DNA from: an uncultured Nitrososphaerota archaeon
GTDB taxonomy: Archaea > Korarchaeota > Korarchaeia > Korarchaeales > Korarchaeaceae
DNA length: 64,000 nt
NCBI GenBank assembly: GCA_964594835.1
Contig: CAZQNA010000004.1
Span: forward strand, 96,001-160,000
Direction: 5' to 3'
This document shows positions 36,888 through 48,759 of the stretch, one piece after another. The notes below the pieces were generated by a model. The model ran no database searches. It saw only the letters and a list, made by a program, of their open reading frames with translations, and was not told the origin of the DNA. Positions within the stretch are counted from its first letter, which is position 1, and each line of letters starts with the position of its first letter. Both the position numbers and the translations under genes were made by a program.

Positions 36888-37892
36888 ATGCCCCTCAGGG
36901 CCAGAGCGTCAGCTCCCTCCCAGGCTTTCCTGCTCGGAGAGCACGCGGTACTTTATCGCCAGCCGGCGCTGGCCGCCTCCATAGACGTCAGATCCCGAGC
37001 GTCTGCGGAGCTGACCTCCACGCCCCAGGTCATCGAGATAGAGTCCACCGCCTTCGAGGGCGGGCTCAGGGCCAGGCTGGCCGAGGGGACCTCCCTGGCC
37101 GTGGCCAGGGGTCATCCCGCGCTCGAGCCACTTGCCAGGGGACTCGCACGCTTTCTCGAGCGTCACGCCCCCGGAGACGTCGGGCTGAGGGTCAGGATAG
37201 ACTCGGACGTCCCGGTTAACAGCGGGATGGCGAGCTCCGCGAGCGTCTCGGCGGCCGTCGTGGCCGCCGCCTCGGGCGCGCTGGGGCTGAGCCTCTCGCG
37301 CGAGGAGATCCTCGAGGAGACCTACTCTTTCGAGACGATGATCCACGGCAGGGCCAGCAAGACCGGGCCGGCGTGCGCGGTCTTCGGCGGCATCATATGG
37401 ATCGAGTGGAGGGACGACGGCATGGTGGTCGAGCCCCTCCCGGAGGTCCCGGGACTGAGCTTCGTCATGGGCCTGACCGGAGAGCCCAGCAGGACCAGAG
37501 AGATGATAGAGAGGGTCTCGAGGCTGGCGGACCTGGTGCCGGGGCCGCACGCCAAGATAGTGTCCGCGATAGGGGATCTCGTCCGCTCCGGCAGGGAGGC
37601 GCTCGAGTCCGGCGACGCCGAGGCGCTCGGCCGTCTGATGAACGTGAACCACGGCCTCCTCGCGGCCCTGGGGGTGTCCACCCCGGAGCTGGACCGCATA
37701 GTCTGGGCAGCCAGGTCGGCCGGGGCCCTCGGCAGCAAGCTCTCGGGGGCAGGGGGAGGGGGGTGCGCCGTCTCCCTGTGCGAGCGCGGCGGGGCCGAGA
37801 GGGTGGCCTCCGCCATCGAGGAGAGCGGATACAGGTCCCTCCTGGCCCCCCTCGCCCGGGATGGAGTTCTGATCGAGGAGGTGAGTTCATGA
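36888..37892 (+). CDS. mvk: Mevalonate kinase (GHMP kinase)
   Basis: LLGEHAVLY, PVNSGMASSAS, IHGRAS, NHGLL-ALGVS, SKLSGAGGGG. Confidence 0.8.
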   Translation: MPLRARASAPSQAFLLGEHAVLYRQPALAASIDVRSRASAELTSTPQVIEIESTAFEGGLRARLAEGTSLAVARGHPALEPLARGLARFLERHAPGDVGLRVRIDSDVPVNSGMASSASVSAAVVAAASGALGLSLSREEILEETYSFETMIHGRASKTGPACAVFGGIIWIEWRDDGMVVEPLPEVPGLSFVMGLTGEPSRTREMIERVSRLADLVPGPHAKIVSAIGDLVRSGREALESGDAEALGRLMNVNHGLLAALGVSTPELDRIVWAARSAGALGSKLSGAGGGGCAVSLCERGGAERVASAIEESGYRSLLAPLARDGVLIEEVSS

Positions 37893-39736
37893 GGATTTTC
37901 GCCCTTCACTCCGACTGGATCTGGTACAGGGTCAGGGAGAGGGCCGTCGCCTCTGCGCCAGAGCCGGAGGTGCCCGAGGCCCGCTACGAGGAGGTTCTGG
38001 TCCTGTTCACCGCCTTCGAGTCCTTCGACGGGCGGACCTCCGTCGAAAGGGCCGTCTCCGAGATAAGGACCCTGGCGGGCCGCCTGGGGGTCGGCGAACT
38101 GGTCCTCTACCCCTGGGTCCACCTGACCGATCAGCCGGCGCCCTTCCAGAAGTCGGTGGACCTGTACGAGTCCCTGCGAACGGCCCTCGCGGGGGCTGGC
38201 TTCACGGTCCACCCGGTTCCGATAGGCTGGTACAAGGAGTTTGAGATCAGGGTGAAGGGCCACCCGCTGGCGGAGTCCTTGAGGACCATCGGCCCGGAGG
38301 GCGAGGCCCCGGTCGAGGCCGGGGTGGAGGAAGAGGGGGAGGAGGGAGAGGGGAGGTTCATCATCCTCTTCCCAGACGGGAGTGAGAGGGAGGTCGACGG
38401 GTGGCAGTGGATCGAGGACCCCGAGCTCAGGATAGTCGTTCGGAACGAGGTCTTCGGCAAGCCCCCCTCCGGCAGGGAGCCGGACCACATACGCCTCATG
38501 AGGAGGCTCGAGCTGGTCGACTACGAGCCCTCCTCCGACGTGGGGAACTTCCGATTCTATCCGGAGGGAACGCTGGTCAAGAGGCTGATAGAGGACCTCG
38601 CCTTCGAGGTCGCTCACAGGATAGGGGCCATGGAGATTGAGACCCCGCTCCTCTACAGGCTAGACGATCCCGCGATAGCGGGCCAGGCCGCCAAGTTCAG
38701 GGAGAGGAACTATCAGATCCCAATGGGGAAGACCACCCTGATCCTGAGGTTCGCCGGGGACTTCGGGCTCTTCTCGATGATGAGGGACATGGGCATCTCC
38801 TACAGGGACCTGCCGCTGAGCTTCTACGAGATCTCTCCCTCCTTCAGGCTGGAGCAGAGGGGGGAGTGCGTCGGCCTAAGGAGGCTCAGGGCCTTCACCA
38901 TGCCCGACATCCACTCCTTCGTGGCGGACGTGGACCAGGGGATGGAGATGTACGAGAGGTACTTCATGGAGTATCACCGCCTCCTCCGAGATCTCGGCGT
39001 CGACTACGCCGTCGTGTTCAGGGTGGTGGAGAGCTTCTACGAGAGGCTCAAGCCGGCCATAGTCTCGATGCTCTCCGCCGTGGGGAAGCCGGCCCTCATA
39101 GAGCTTCTCCCGAAGATGAAGCACTACTGGGCCCTGAAGCACGAGTTCCAGGTCGTCGACACCTCGGAGGGAAACGGACAGCTGAGCACGGTCCAGCTGG
39201 ATGTCGAGGACTCGGAGAGGTACGGGATCTTCTACGTCGACAGGGACGGGAGCAGGAGGCCGGGGGTGATAGTCCACACCTCCATGGGGAGCATAGAGAG
39301 GCTGATCTACGCCATCCTGGAGACCGCGGCCAAGGCCGCGGCCAGGGGTGAGAAGCCCTCCCTGCCGCTGTGGCTCTCGCCCACCCAGGTGAGGGTGATC
39401 CCAGTCTCCCCTGAGAACGTGGAGTTTGCCGTCTCCCTGGCCGAGAGGCTCAACGCAAGCGGGATCAGGGCGGACGTGGACGACAGGGATCTGACCCTCG
39501 GCAAGAGGGTGAGGGAGGCCGAGAGGCGCTGGGTACCCTATGTGGTGGTCGTGGGGAAGCGGGAGCAGGAGACCGGCAGGCTCTCGGTGAGGAGGAGGAG
39601 CGACGGGTCTGAGTACGAGGCCACCCTGGAGGACCTGATCTCAGAGGTCAGGTCCCTCACGGAGGGCAAGCCGTACAGGCCGCTGAACGTCCCGATGAGG
39701 CTGAGCAGGAGGCCGGTGTTCGTCGGGTCGTCCTGA
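37889..39736 (+). CDS. thrS: Threonine--tRNA ligase (archaeal type with N-terminal editing domain)
   Basis: MRIFALHSD, YPWVHL, GWYK, GHPLAE, LRFAGDFG, FRLEQRGE, RAFTMPD, GSIER, PLWLSP. Confidence 0.95.
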   Translation: MRIFALHSDWIWYRVRERAVASAPEPEVPEARYEEVLVLFTAFESFDGRTSVERAVSEIRTLAGRLGVGELVLYPWVHLTDQPAPFQKSVDLYESLRTALAGAGFTVHPVPIGWYKEFEIRVKGHPLAESLRTIGPEGEAPVEAGVEEEGEEGEGRFIILFPDGSEREVDGWQWIEDPELRIVVRNEVFGKPPSGREPDHIRLMRRLELVDYEPSSDVGNFRFYPEGTLVKRLIEDLAFEVAHRIGAMEIETPLLYRLDDPAIAGQAAKFRERNYQIPMGKTTLILRFAGDFGLFSMMRDMGISYRDLPLSFYEISPSFRLEQRGECVGLRRLRAFTMPDIHSFVADVDQGMEMYERYFMEYHRLLRDLGVDYAVVFRVVESFYERLKPAIVSMLSAVGKPALIELLPKMKHYWALKHEFQVVDTSEGNGQLSTVQLDVEDSERYGIFYVDRDGSRRPGVIVHTSMGSIERLIYAILETAAKAAARGEKPSLPLWLSPTQVRVIPVSPENVEFAVSLAERLNASGIRADVDDRDLTLGKRVREAERRWVPYVVVVGKREQETGRLSVRRRSDGSEYEATLEDLISEVRSLTEGKPYRPLNVPMRLSRRPVFVGSS

Positions 39737-39761
39737 CCCCCCCTAGGGCAGAAGTCGCCTG

Positions 39762-39838
39762 TGGCGGCGGGGGTGGGACTCGAACCCACGACCGCCCGGT
39801 TAACAGCCGGGCGCTCTACCTAGCTGAGCTACCCCGCC
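39762..39838 (-). tRNA. tRNA-Asn(GUU), intron-less, CCA encoded
   Basis: GGCGGGG acceptor stem, CCCGG-CTGTTAA-CCGGG anticodon arm, TTCGAGT T-loop, GCCA end. Confidence 0.95.
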
Positions 39839-39880
39839 CGGAGGGGAGGGGAGGAGCCCCGCATAAAAAGGGTTTCCCCC

Positions 39881-42145
<2,265 letters not shown>

Positions 42146-42162
42146 TTAATAAGGGGTTCCTC

Positions 42163-43275
42163 TCACGCCGAGGAGATGACGGGCTTCCCCCTCGACTCGA
42201 GGTCCCTCACCATCTGGGGCATGACCGCCCAGGTGCTGTGGGCCACTATCTCCTCCCACTCGTCCTCCACGAACCCGTAGTGTATCGAGGCCATCAGGAG
42301 GGGGTCGAACCCGTCGAAGTTCGCCATGAACCTCTCGTCGCTGAGCGCCAGTATCACCCTGGCGGCCGCCAGGGACTCGTCGAGCTCGCCGTAGATCGGC
42401 CGCTTCCTCCGCACGTCCGCCCTGGAGCGCGCCTCCCTCACGAGGGACTCCTCCAGCTCTGCGACCCTCCTCCTGGCCCAAGCCGAGAGTTCGGCCTCTA
42501 TGGGCATGAGCCTGCTCCTCTCCTCGTCTATGGGGAGGTTGGCCGACGCGATCCGCCCCTCCCTCCGGAGCAGGTCCCTGACCCTCTCCGAGTCCCCCAG
42601 GCGCTCGGCGGCCCGGGACTTGATCGAGTTGAACTCCTCCCACCTGGAGATATGGACGGTCTCCTCCGGAGTCAGAGCCTCTGGAGGGACCTCTAGGTCC
42701 CCCTCGGCCACCATGTAGTCCAGCAACTCGTCCATTCTGAAGAACACGAGCGCCTCCCTCACAGCCGCGGCCGGGTCGTCAGAGGCGTGCACCAGGTTGA
42801 GGACCCTGTTGACACCTTTCAGGTCGTACCTTATCTGACCTGGCCTCCCAGCGTCCGGGGTCGTCGGTCCGAGCAGGTCCCTCAGCCTGCCGGCCAGGTG
42901 CTCGTGCCCCCCCGGGTCCCCCCTCAGGATCAGGGCCACGGTGGGCGAGGTCGTGTACACCTTCTTCATTATCCACCAGGAGTCGGAGTACTTCCTCCTC
43001 ACGAACTCGTAAAGCTCGTCTATCACCTCCGGAGTGAACCTGGCGAGCCTGTAGCCCGTGACCCGGAGCCCCGCCGACCTCAGCCTCCTCAGAACCTCCG
43101 GGGCGAGCCCCCTCGCGTAGCACCCGGGCTTTATCAGGGCGAACGCGAAGTTCCGGAGCTCCCGGAGGTGGCGCGGGGAGGCCTCCGCCGCGAACCTCTC
43201 CCTGAGGTCGGCGAAGGCGTCCCTCTCCACCGCGTCCTCCCGGTCGAAGTACGACAGTGGATCAGGATCCGCCAA
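42163..43275 (-). CDS. Nucleoside-diphosphate kinase domain protein with a long C-terminal extension
   Basis: FALIKP, ELY, RDLLGPT-P, GQIR, NLVHASD (phospho-His), then about 190 aa of helical tail. Confidence 0.75.
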   Translation of the reverse strand: MADPDPLSYFDREDAVERDAFADLRERFAAEASPRHLRELRNFAFALIKPGCYARGLAPEVLRRLRSAGLRVTGYRLARFTPEVIDELYEFVRRKYSDSWWIMKKVYTTSPTVALILRGDPGGHEHLAGRLRDLLGPTTPDAGRPGQIRYDLKGVNRVLNLVHASDDPAAAVREALVFFRMDELLDYMVAEGDLEVPPEALTPEETVHISRWEEFNSIKSRAAERLGDSERVRDLLRREGRIASANLPIDEERSRLMPIEAELSAWARRRVAELEESLVREARSRADVRRKRPIYGELDESLAAARVILALSDERFMANFDGFDPLLMASIHYGFVEDEWEEIVAHSTWAVMPQMVRDLESRGKPVISSA

Positions 43276-45322
43276 GCCCCTTCACCCTGAAGACCGCGAC
43301 GTTCGGCACCCCGAGGGACCTGCCGCCGATGTGCGCCAGCTCGAACATCTCGGGCCTCGGTCCGTAGGTCTGGTTCTGGAACTCCGAGAAGGCCTCGAGG
43401 CTCAGCTTGAAGAGGGACTTCTCCAGGGCGTAGTCCGACGGGAAGTACCTGTTGGCCTGCTGCGAGTACTGGAAGAGCCTCGGGATGTCGTACTCCCCGA
43501 ACCTGTAGGGCTCCGTGTAGGGGCTGTACTCGAACTCCCCGGCTATCCACCCTATCGCGAGCCACTTGCCCCCGTACGGGGTGAAGCACTGACCGGTCGT
43601 AACCTCGCAGACCTCCTGGGCCAGGTCTATCACGACGTAGCTCGCGTTGAACCTCATAGCCAGGTCGAAGAGGTCCTCCTCCGTCCCCATGAAGCCCCTG
43701 GCGATCAGGCGTATCTGAGAGCTGTTGATCGTCAGCCCGTCCGCCAGGGAAACGACGCCCGACCCGTAGGCGAGCCAGTACCCGTAGTCCCACCAGGAGA
43801 TGGCAGTCTGACCCTCGGCGTTCTCCCTCATGTAGGAGAGGGCGTCGTCCCAGCCTGGCGTGAAGCCCAGCCTGTACCTGGTGGCGAGCTGGTATGACCT
43901 GTAGGCGGTTCCGACCGTGGGTAGCACGGCGACGAGGAGGAGCATAAGTATGGGGAGCGTGAGGACCTTCAGCTTACGTGACAGGCTGATCTTCTTCGCC
44001 TTCCTCCTCTTGACAGCCGTGAACCTCCTCGCCCTCGACTCCCAGGCGTCCCACGCCCTGTTGGTCAGGTAGGCCATGGAGAGGGCGGCGAAGGGCGACG
44101 CCAGGGGAGGGAGCCTGACTATTGAGTAGGAGAAGTAGAGCGTGAGGGCCGTGAAGTAGACGAGGAGGAGGTGATCCTTCTCCCTCCTCCTCTCTATGAA
44201 CATCAGCGCGAGCCCCAGGAGGGTCGGCAGCAGCACTATCCTCATGCTGACGCCTATCTCCCCCGGCCTGTGCTCCGCGACCGTCTCCACGACGCTCCCC
44301 CTGGGGAGCTCGATCCACGGAAACACCACCCTCGCCAGCCTTGCGGTCAGGGGGCGGTACACACCGAGGGTGAACAGGATCGCCACTACCCCACCGAAGG
44401 CGGCCAGGGCCGCCACCCTCCTGTCTATCTGCCCCGCGACCCTGTCCCTCACCCTCGGCCACGAGAAGTAGACCGCGCCGGCCGCGAGGGCCCCGTAGAC
44501 CAGGGTGGTCTCCATACCGATGTAGATCTTCCTCTGGTTGAGGTGGGGGAACAGCGCCAGGGACGAGAGTATCACGTAGCCCGAGGGGAGGGCCAGGGCG
44601 AAGTAGTCCCCCAGATCGGCCCTGTCAAGAGCCATCAGGGCCAGGAGGAACAGAGGATAGCCGTCGTACAGGGACCTGAAGCCGGCCCAGAGCCCGGCCG
44701 CGCAGACGAGCATGAGCCCGCTCCCTGCGGCGAAAATCAGGGCCCTCGAGTGGTCCTCCTCCCTCATCGCCCTCAGCGTGAGGTAGAAGCTGGCGGCCAG
44801 GAAGGGCAGGGCGAACTGCTCGTGCCTGTAGAAGCCCGCTATCGTCCTCATGACCGCCGGATAGCTCACGCTGGCGAGCATGGCCGCGGTGAACGCCGGG
44901 ACCCTCCTCCCACCCCAGAGGAGCTTGGCCGAGTAGTAGATGGGGATGACGACGAGGGGGGCGAAGAACGCCGGCGTGTACACCGTCACCTCTAGGAGGG
45001 AGACGTCCAGCCTGAAGAGGGTGGCCACGCGGTATATCAGGGCCCCAAGGTAGTAGTGCAGGACCGGCAGGACCCTTGCCGGGTCGTACGACCACGGGTG
45101 CCACCCGAGCGGCCAGTAGTGCGGGAGGGACCCGTGCTCCACCAGGTGCTTGGTGATCATGTAGTGGAGTAGCGGGTCGTCCGATGTTAGCTTGACCCCG
45201 TACTTCAGGGCGCTCTGGGCCCGTATGAAGACGCCAGCGGCGTAGGAGGCTAGTATGAGCGCGAGGTCCAGGGCGTAGCCCCTGAGTACTACGTGACCAT
45301 CTCCCTTCGCTTCGACCGGCAC
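43262..45322 (-). CDS. aglB: Oligosaccharyltransferase AglB (STT3)
   Basis: SDDP, RT-AGFYRHE, TVAEH, SWWDYG; many TM helices. Confidence 0.9.
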   Translation of the reverse strand: MPVEAKGDGHVVLRGYALDLALILASYAAGVFIRAQSALKYGVKLTSDDPLLHYMITKHLVEHGSLPHYWPLGWHPWSYDPARVLPVLHYYLGALIYRVATLFRLDVSLLEVTVYTPAFFAPLVVIPIYYSAKLLWGGRRVPAFTAAMLASVSYPAVMRTIAGFYRHEQFALPFLAASFYLTLRAMREEDHSRALIFAAGSGLMLVCAAGLWAGFRSLYDGYPLFLLALMALDRADLGDYFALALPSGYVILSSLALFPHLNQRKIYIGMETTLVYGALAAGAVYFSWPRVRDRVAGQIDRRVAALAAFGGVVAILFTLGVYRPLTARLARVVFPWIELPRGSVVETVAEHRPGEIGVSMRIVLLPTLLGLALMFIERRREKDHLLLVYFTALTLYFSYSIVRLPPLASPFAALSMAYLTNRAWDAWESRARRFTAVKRRKAKKISLSRKLKVLTLPILMLLLVAVLPTVGTAYRSYQLATRYRLGFTPGWDDALSYMRENAEGQTAISWWDYGYWLAYGSGVVSLADGLTINSSQIRLIARGFMGTEEDLFDLAMRFNASYVVIDLAQEVCEVTTGQCFTPYGGKWLAIGWIAGEFEYSPYTEPYRFGEYDIPRLFQYSQQANRYFPSDYALEKSLFKLSLEAFSEFQNQTYGPRPEMFELAHIGGRSLGVPNVAVFRVKGLGGS

Positions 45323-45367
45323 GAGCCAGGCCGCCCGGCGGTCTATAAATTACTTGTCTCCGTGGTG

Positions 45368-45676
45368 TCACCGGCCCTCCACGCGCCTGAGCTCCTCCTC
45401 TACGGACTCCCTCAGAGACGAGAACTCCTCCCTCAGCCTGTCGAGGGCCTCAAAGATCTTCCTGACGGGATCGCCCTCCCTCGACCTCACGTAGAGGACT
45501 CCCTCCTCCTTCAGCGGATGAGGGACGTCGTATCCGGCGAAGTCGACCCCCACCTGATGGAGGGCCTTCACCAGCGGGTCCAGCAGGGTGTAGGTCTCTC
45601 CCCGCACCCTGACGGTGACGAGGTCCCCGTCCCTCTCTATGGAGACCTCCATCCTCTCCTCACGCTCGGCGCTCAC
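45368..45676 (-). CDS. rpoL: RNA polymerase subunit Rpo11 (L)
   Basis: GETYTL...V-FAGYDVPHPL; exosome-operon context. Confidence 0.88.
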   Translation of the reverse strand: MSAEREERMEVSIERDGDLVTVRVRGETYTLLDPLVKALHQVGVDFAGYDVPHPLKEEGVLYVRSREGDPVRKIFEALDRLREEFSSLRESVEEELRRVEGR

Positions 45677-46308
45677 GCCCCCTCACCCCCTCCTCCCTTC
45701 AGCCTCCTTATGACCTCCTCGGGGGAGGTCCTGAACCAGAAAACGCCATCCTCGTCCTCCTCTATCAGGCCCTCCTCGAGGGCCTCCTCCAGGACGTCCA
45801 GAAAGGGCCTGCCTGACGCGTAGGCCGCGGCCACGAGGGTCTCCCTCACCTTCCTCTGCCTGACCTCCACCCTGGCCTCGGTCACGAGGTCCTGGAGCTC
45901 GGTCACCATCTCCTGGAACTCCTCCGGGGAGACGTCCGTGATCAGCTCGTCACCCGACCAGCCCACGTGGTGTCCCGAGGCCTGGAGGGCCGCGGACAGG
46001 AGGCTGTAGGAGACGCCCCCCCTCCGCTCGTCTATCCAGTCCCTCGGGTACCTCCTGGTTGGCCCCTCAGCGTGGACCAGGGCGAAGTTCCTGTACGCGG
46101 ATCGTGCGACCATCTCGGCCCTCGCCATCTCCTCCCGCGTCCCGTAGACCGTGACGTAGAGCTTGCCCGGCACGGCGAACCTGTAGCTGTAGTCGAGACC
46201 CTCCATCTTCCTCTCGAGGTAGTCCAGGAAGTCGGACAGCTCCTCCTGGTTCACGTTGAGCACGAAGCTCCTCTTCTCGATCCTCCTGAGTCCGCCGTGC
46301 CTCACCAA
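45673..46308 (-). CDS. Conserved archaeal protein (DUF2067-like)
   Basis: Lies between csl4 and rpoL; EELSDFLDYL, LYVTVYG, LEEGLIEE pattern. Confidence 0.65.
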   Translation of the reverse strand: MVRHGGLRRIEKRSFVLNVNQEELSDFLDYLERKMEGLDYSYRFAVPGKLYVTVYGTREEMARAEMVARSAYRNFALVHAEGPTRRYPRDWIDERRGGVSYSLLSAALQASGHHVGWSGDELITDVSPEEFQEMVTELQDLVTEARVEVRQRKVRETLVAAAYASGRPFLDVLEEALEEGLIEEDEDGVFWFRTSPEEVIRRLKGGGGEGA

Positions 46309-46309
46309 C

Positions 46310-46876
46310 TCACACCGACTCCCTCAGCGGGTTCCGCCCATATAAGTCGCTTACCCTCCTGTCCAGGACGACCCTCCCGCACTCCTCGCACACGAGGGTG
46401 TACCCGACCCTCTTGAGCGCGGACCCGCACCTGGGGCACCTCGCCAGGATGACCCCGAGCGAGGGGCCTGCCATCGTCACGACCACCTGCTCGGAGTCCG
46501 ACCTCATCACCCTCGCCAGGATGAGGTCTCCGGGCCTGGCCCCCTGGTTCGCCGGGTGAGACTTGAGCATGATGCCCGAGATGGGCCTGTGAAACCTCAC
46601 AGGCCTCTTCCCGGCAATCCCGACTATCTTGACGTGATGGAGGGCCCTCTCCGTGCTCCAGACTATGCCGACGACCTCCGTCCCCGGCCTCAGCGGGAGG
46701 GAGGGCACCTTGATGGGCTCCACACTAACCTTCCCCTCCCTCCGCCTGAGGAGGCCGAGCCTGGTCGACCTCACCCTGCCCCTCCTGTCCACGTAGGCCC
46801 CCTCTCCGGGGAGGACCTCCTCAATCACCCCAAGCTGATCTCCCGGGAGCACGAGCTTCTCATCACCCCTCGACAT
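46310..46876 (-). CDS. csl4: Exosome subunit Csl4
   Basis: VLPGD-LG-IEE--PGEG, GDLILARV, LGVI-A-CPRCG...CEECG. Confidence 0.9.
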   Translation of the reverse strand: MSRGDEKLVLPGDQLGVIEEVLPGEGAYVDRRGRVRSTRLGLLRRREGKVSVEPIKVPSLPLRPGTEVVGIVWSTERALHHVKIVGIAGKRPVRFHRPISGIMLKSHPANQGARPGDLILARVMRSDSEQVVVTMAGPSLGVILARCPRCGSALKRVGYTLVCEECGRVVLDRRVSDLYGRNPLRESV

Positions 46877-46887
46877 GGAATCACCCC

Positions 46888-47523
46888 TCAGGCAGACTCA
46901 TTCCCGCGAGATCGCTCGAACCTGAGCACCTCTACGCCTATCTCTACACTCCTCCTCCTGTGAAACGGGAACCTCTTCGAAATGGAAAAAGGATATCGCC
47001 AGACGTCGGTGAGCCTGCAGCCGTACCGCGAGGCCACACCGGCCAGGAACTCCCGGTTTCCCTCTCTGTGAATGGAGTAGACCACCCTGGCGGACTGAAG
47101 GGCCCTCACGAGGAACGTCAGGTCGGGGGTTCCCCCCCTCAGGCCGAAGGGAGGGTTCATCACGACCGTGTCGACGCTCCCCCTGAAGTCGACCACGTCC
47201 ATCTCCACGATCTGGACCCTGTCCGACACGCGGAGCCTCTCCGCGTTTCTCACGGCGACTTCAACCGCCCTCGGGTCAACGTCCAGACAGATCACCTTCC
47301 TGGCGCCAAGGAGGGCCGCCCCCAGCCCGAGGATGCCCGATCCGCAGCCGAGGTCGGCCACGGCCCTCCCCCGGACGTCCCCCATGTCGAAGGCCCTGAT
47401 CAGGACCTCCGCGGCCAGCTCTGGGGGCGTCTCGTACTGCTCCAGCTCTGGCCTCGGATGGGGGAGTGGCTCCAGGGAGGAGAGGAGCCTGGCGAGCTCC
47501 CTCTTGCTGGGCCTACTCGCCAC
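46888..47523 (-). CDS. METTL5-family SAM-dependent methyltransferase
   Basis: LEQYETP, DLGCGSG, MNPPFG, VYSIH. Confidence 0.9.
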   Translation of the reverse strand: MASRPSKRELARLLSSLEPLPHPRPELEQYETPPELAAEVLIRAFDMGDVRGRAVADLGCGSGILGLGAALLGARKVICLDVDPRAVEVAVRNAERLRVSDRVQIVEMDVVDFRGSVDTVVMNPPFGLRGGTPDLTFLVRALQSARVVYSIHREGNREFLAGVASRYGCRLTDVWRYPFSISKRFPFHRRRSVEIGVEVLRFERSRGNESA

Positions 47524-48025
47524 CTGAGATCCTCTCTACCACCAGCCTCGTCATGTGGGGGAGCTTCCTCTTGCCTATGCTCAGGCAGTACTTGCCCTCC
47601 TCTAGGTCCTCCTCCCTGACCCTGAGCAGGAGGATGGTCTGGCCCCTCCTGACCTGGGCCGCCCTCCCGTCGGGCTTGCCAAAGGCGAGCCTCATGCCCT
47701 TCTGGAGCCTCTCCGCCTTGTGGACGCCGGCCATCGCGTGCTTCCTCAGTATGTGGTGCGGGTAGGGAACCACCTTGAAGAAGTACTCGCCGCTCACGAT
47801 CCTCTTCCTGAGCTGGGAGAGCACGGCCATCCTGGCTGCCTCCATGGCGTTCGCCCTCAGCTGGAAGCTGGCGGTGGCCTCCACCCTGATCTCGTAGTCG
47901 TAGTCCAGGTTCGGGTCGCCGTGGTCGAACTTCTGGATCTTGCTGTAGGGTATGCTCTTGATGTACTCCTTGCGGGTGTAGGGCCTCTGTATGGCCCTGT
48001 AGTTCCGGGCCGGCCTCAGCGACAT
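47513..48025 (-). CDS. rpl10e: Ribosomal protein uL16 (L10e)
   Basis: RPARNYR, YTRKEY, EAAR, YPHHILR, GMRLAFGKP. Confidence 0.95.
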   Translation of the reverse strand: MSLRPARNYRAIQRPYTRKEYIKSIPYSKIQKFDHGDPNLDYDYEIRVEATASFQLRANAMEAARMAVLSQLRKRIVSGEYFFKVVPYPHHILRKHAMAGVHKAERLQKGMRLAFGKPDGRAAQVRRGQTILLLRVREEDLEEGKYCLSIGKRKLPHMTRLVVERISGGE

Positions 48026-48026
48026 A

Positions 48027-48746
48027 TCAATCACCCACCAGCGCGTCCCTTATTCTCCTGACCAGCCCGAGCGCGTAGAGGACCTCCTCCTCGGTGAGCC
48101 CGCAGGGGAAGGCCCTCCCCACCACCCGTCGGGCCATCAGGCGGAGCCTCCGCCTCTTGTGCCCGGGCAGGTCTACGCGGTCGATGATGTCGTCGAGGTA
48201 CTTAAGCATTATCTCGACGGTCTCCCTCCCAGGGGGCCTCAGCCTCGCCTCTCCCGACTCAAAGGCCATCCTGAACTCGTACAGCACGACCGCGACGGCG
48301 TTGGCAAGGTTCAGCGTCGGGTACTCCGCGGAGGTCGGTATGGTCACGATCACGTCGCACTTGGCGAGCTCCTCGTTCGTCAGGCCGGTGGACTCCCTGC
48401 CAAAGATCAGGGCGTACTCGGCGTCCCACCGGAGACTCTGGGCGTACTGCCTGAGGGGGATGACCTGCCTCAGGATGGAGCCGGGCGGGCCGGGCTTGGC
48501 CGTCGTCCCCACGACGACATCCGCCCCCTCGAACGCCTCCTCCAGGGACGTCACGACCCTGGCAGCCTCGAGGACGTCCCTGGCCCTCATGGCCGCCGCG
48601 TAGGCCCTGTCGAAGGACTCGAACATGGGGTTCACTAGGTAGAGCCCGTCGAACCCGAAGTTCTTCATGGCCCTCGCGATCGAGCCAACGTTTATTGCGT
48701 TCTCGGGCTCGACCAGGATCACTCTCAGCGAGGCCAATGGCACCAC
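48027..48746 (-). CDS. trmJ: tRNA 2'-O-methyltransferase TrmJ (SPOUT)
   Basis: VILVEP, NVGSIARAMKNFG, FGRESTGLTNEEL, YPTLNLA. Confidence 0.9.
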   Translation of the reverse strand: MVPLASLRVILVEPENAINVGSIARAMKNFGFDGLYLVNPMFESFDRAYAAAMRARDVLEAARVVTSLEEAFEGADVVVGTTAKPGPPGSILRQVIPLRQYAQSLRWDAEYALIFGRESTGLTNEELAKCDVIVTIPTSAEYPTLNLANAVAVVLYEFRMAFESGEARLRPPGRETVEIMLKYLDDIIDRVDLPGHKRRRLRLMARRVVGRAFPCGLTEEEVLYALGLVRRIRDALVGD

Positions 48747-48759
48747 CGGGTGGTCAGGG

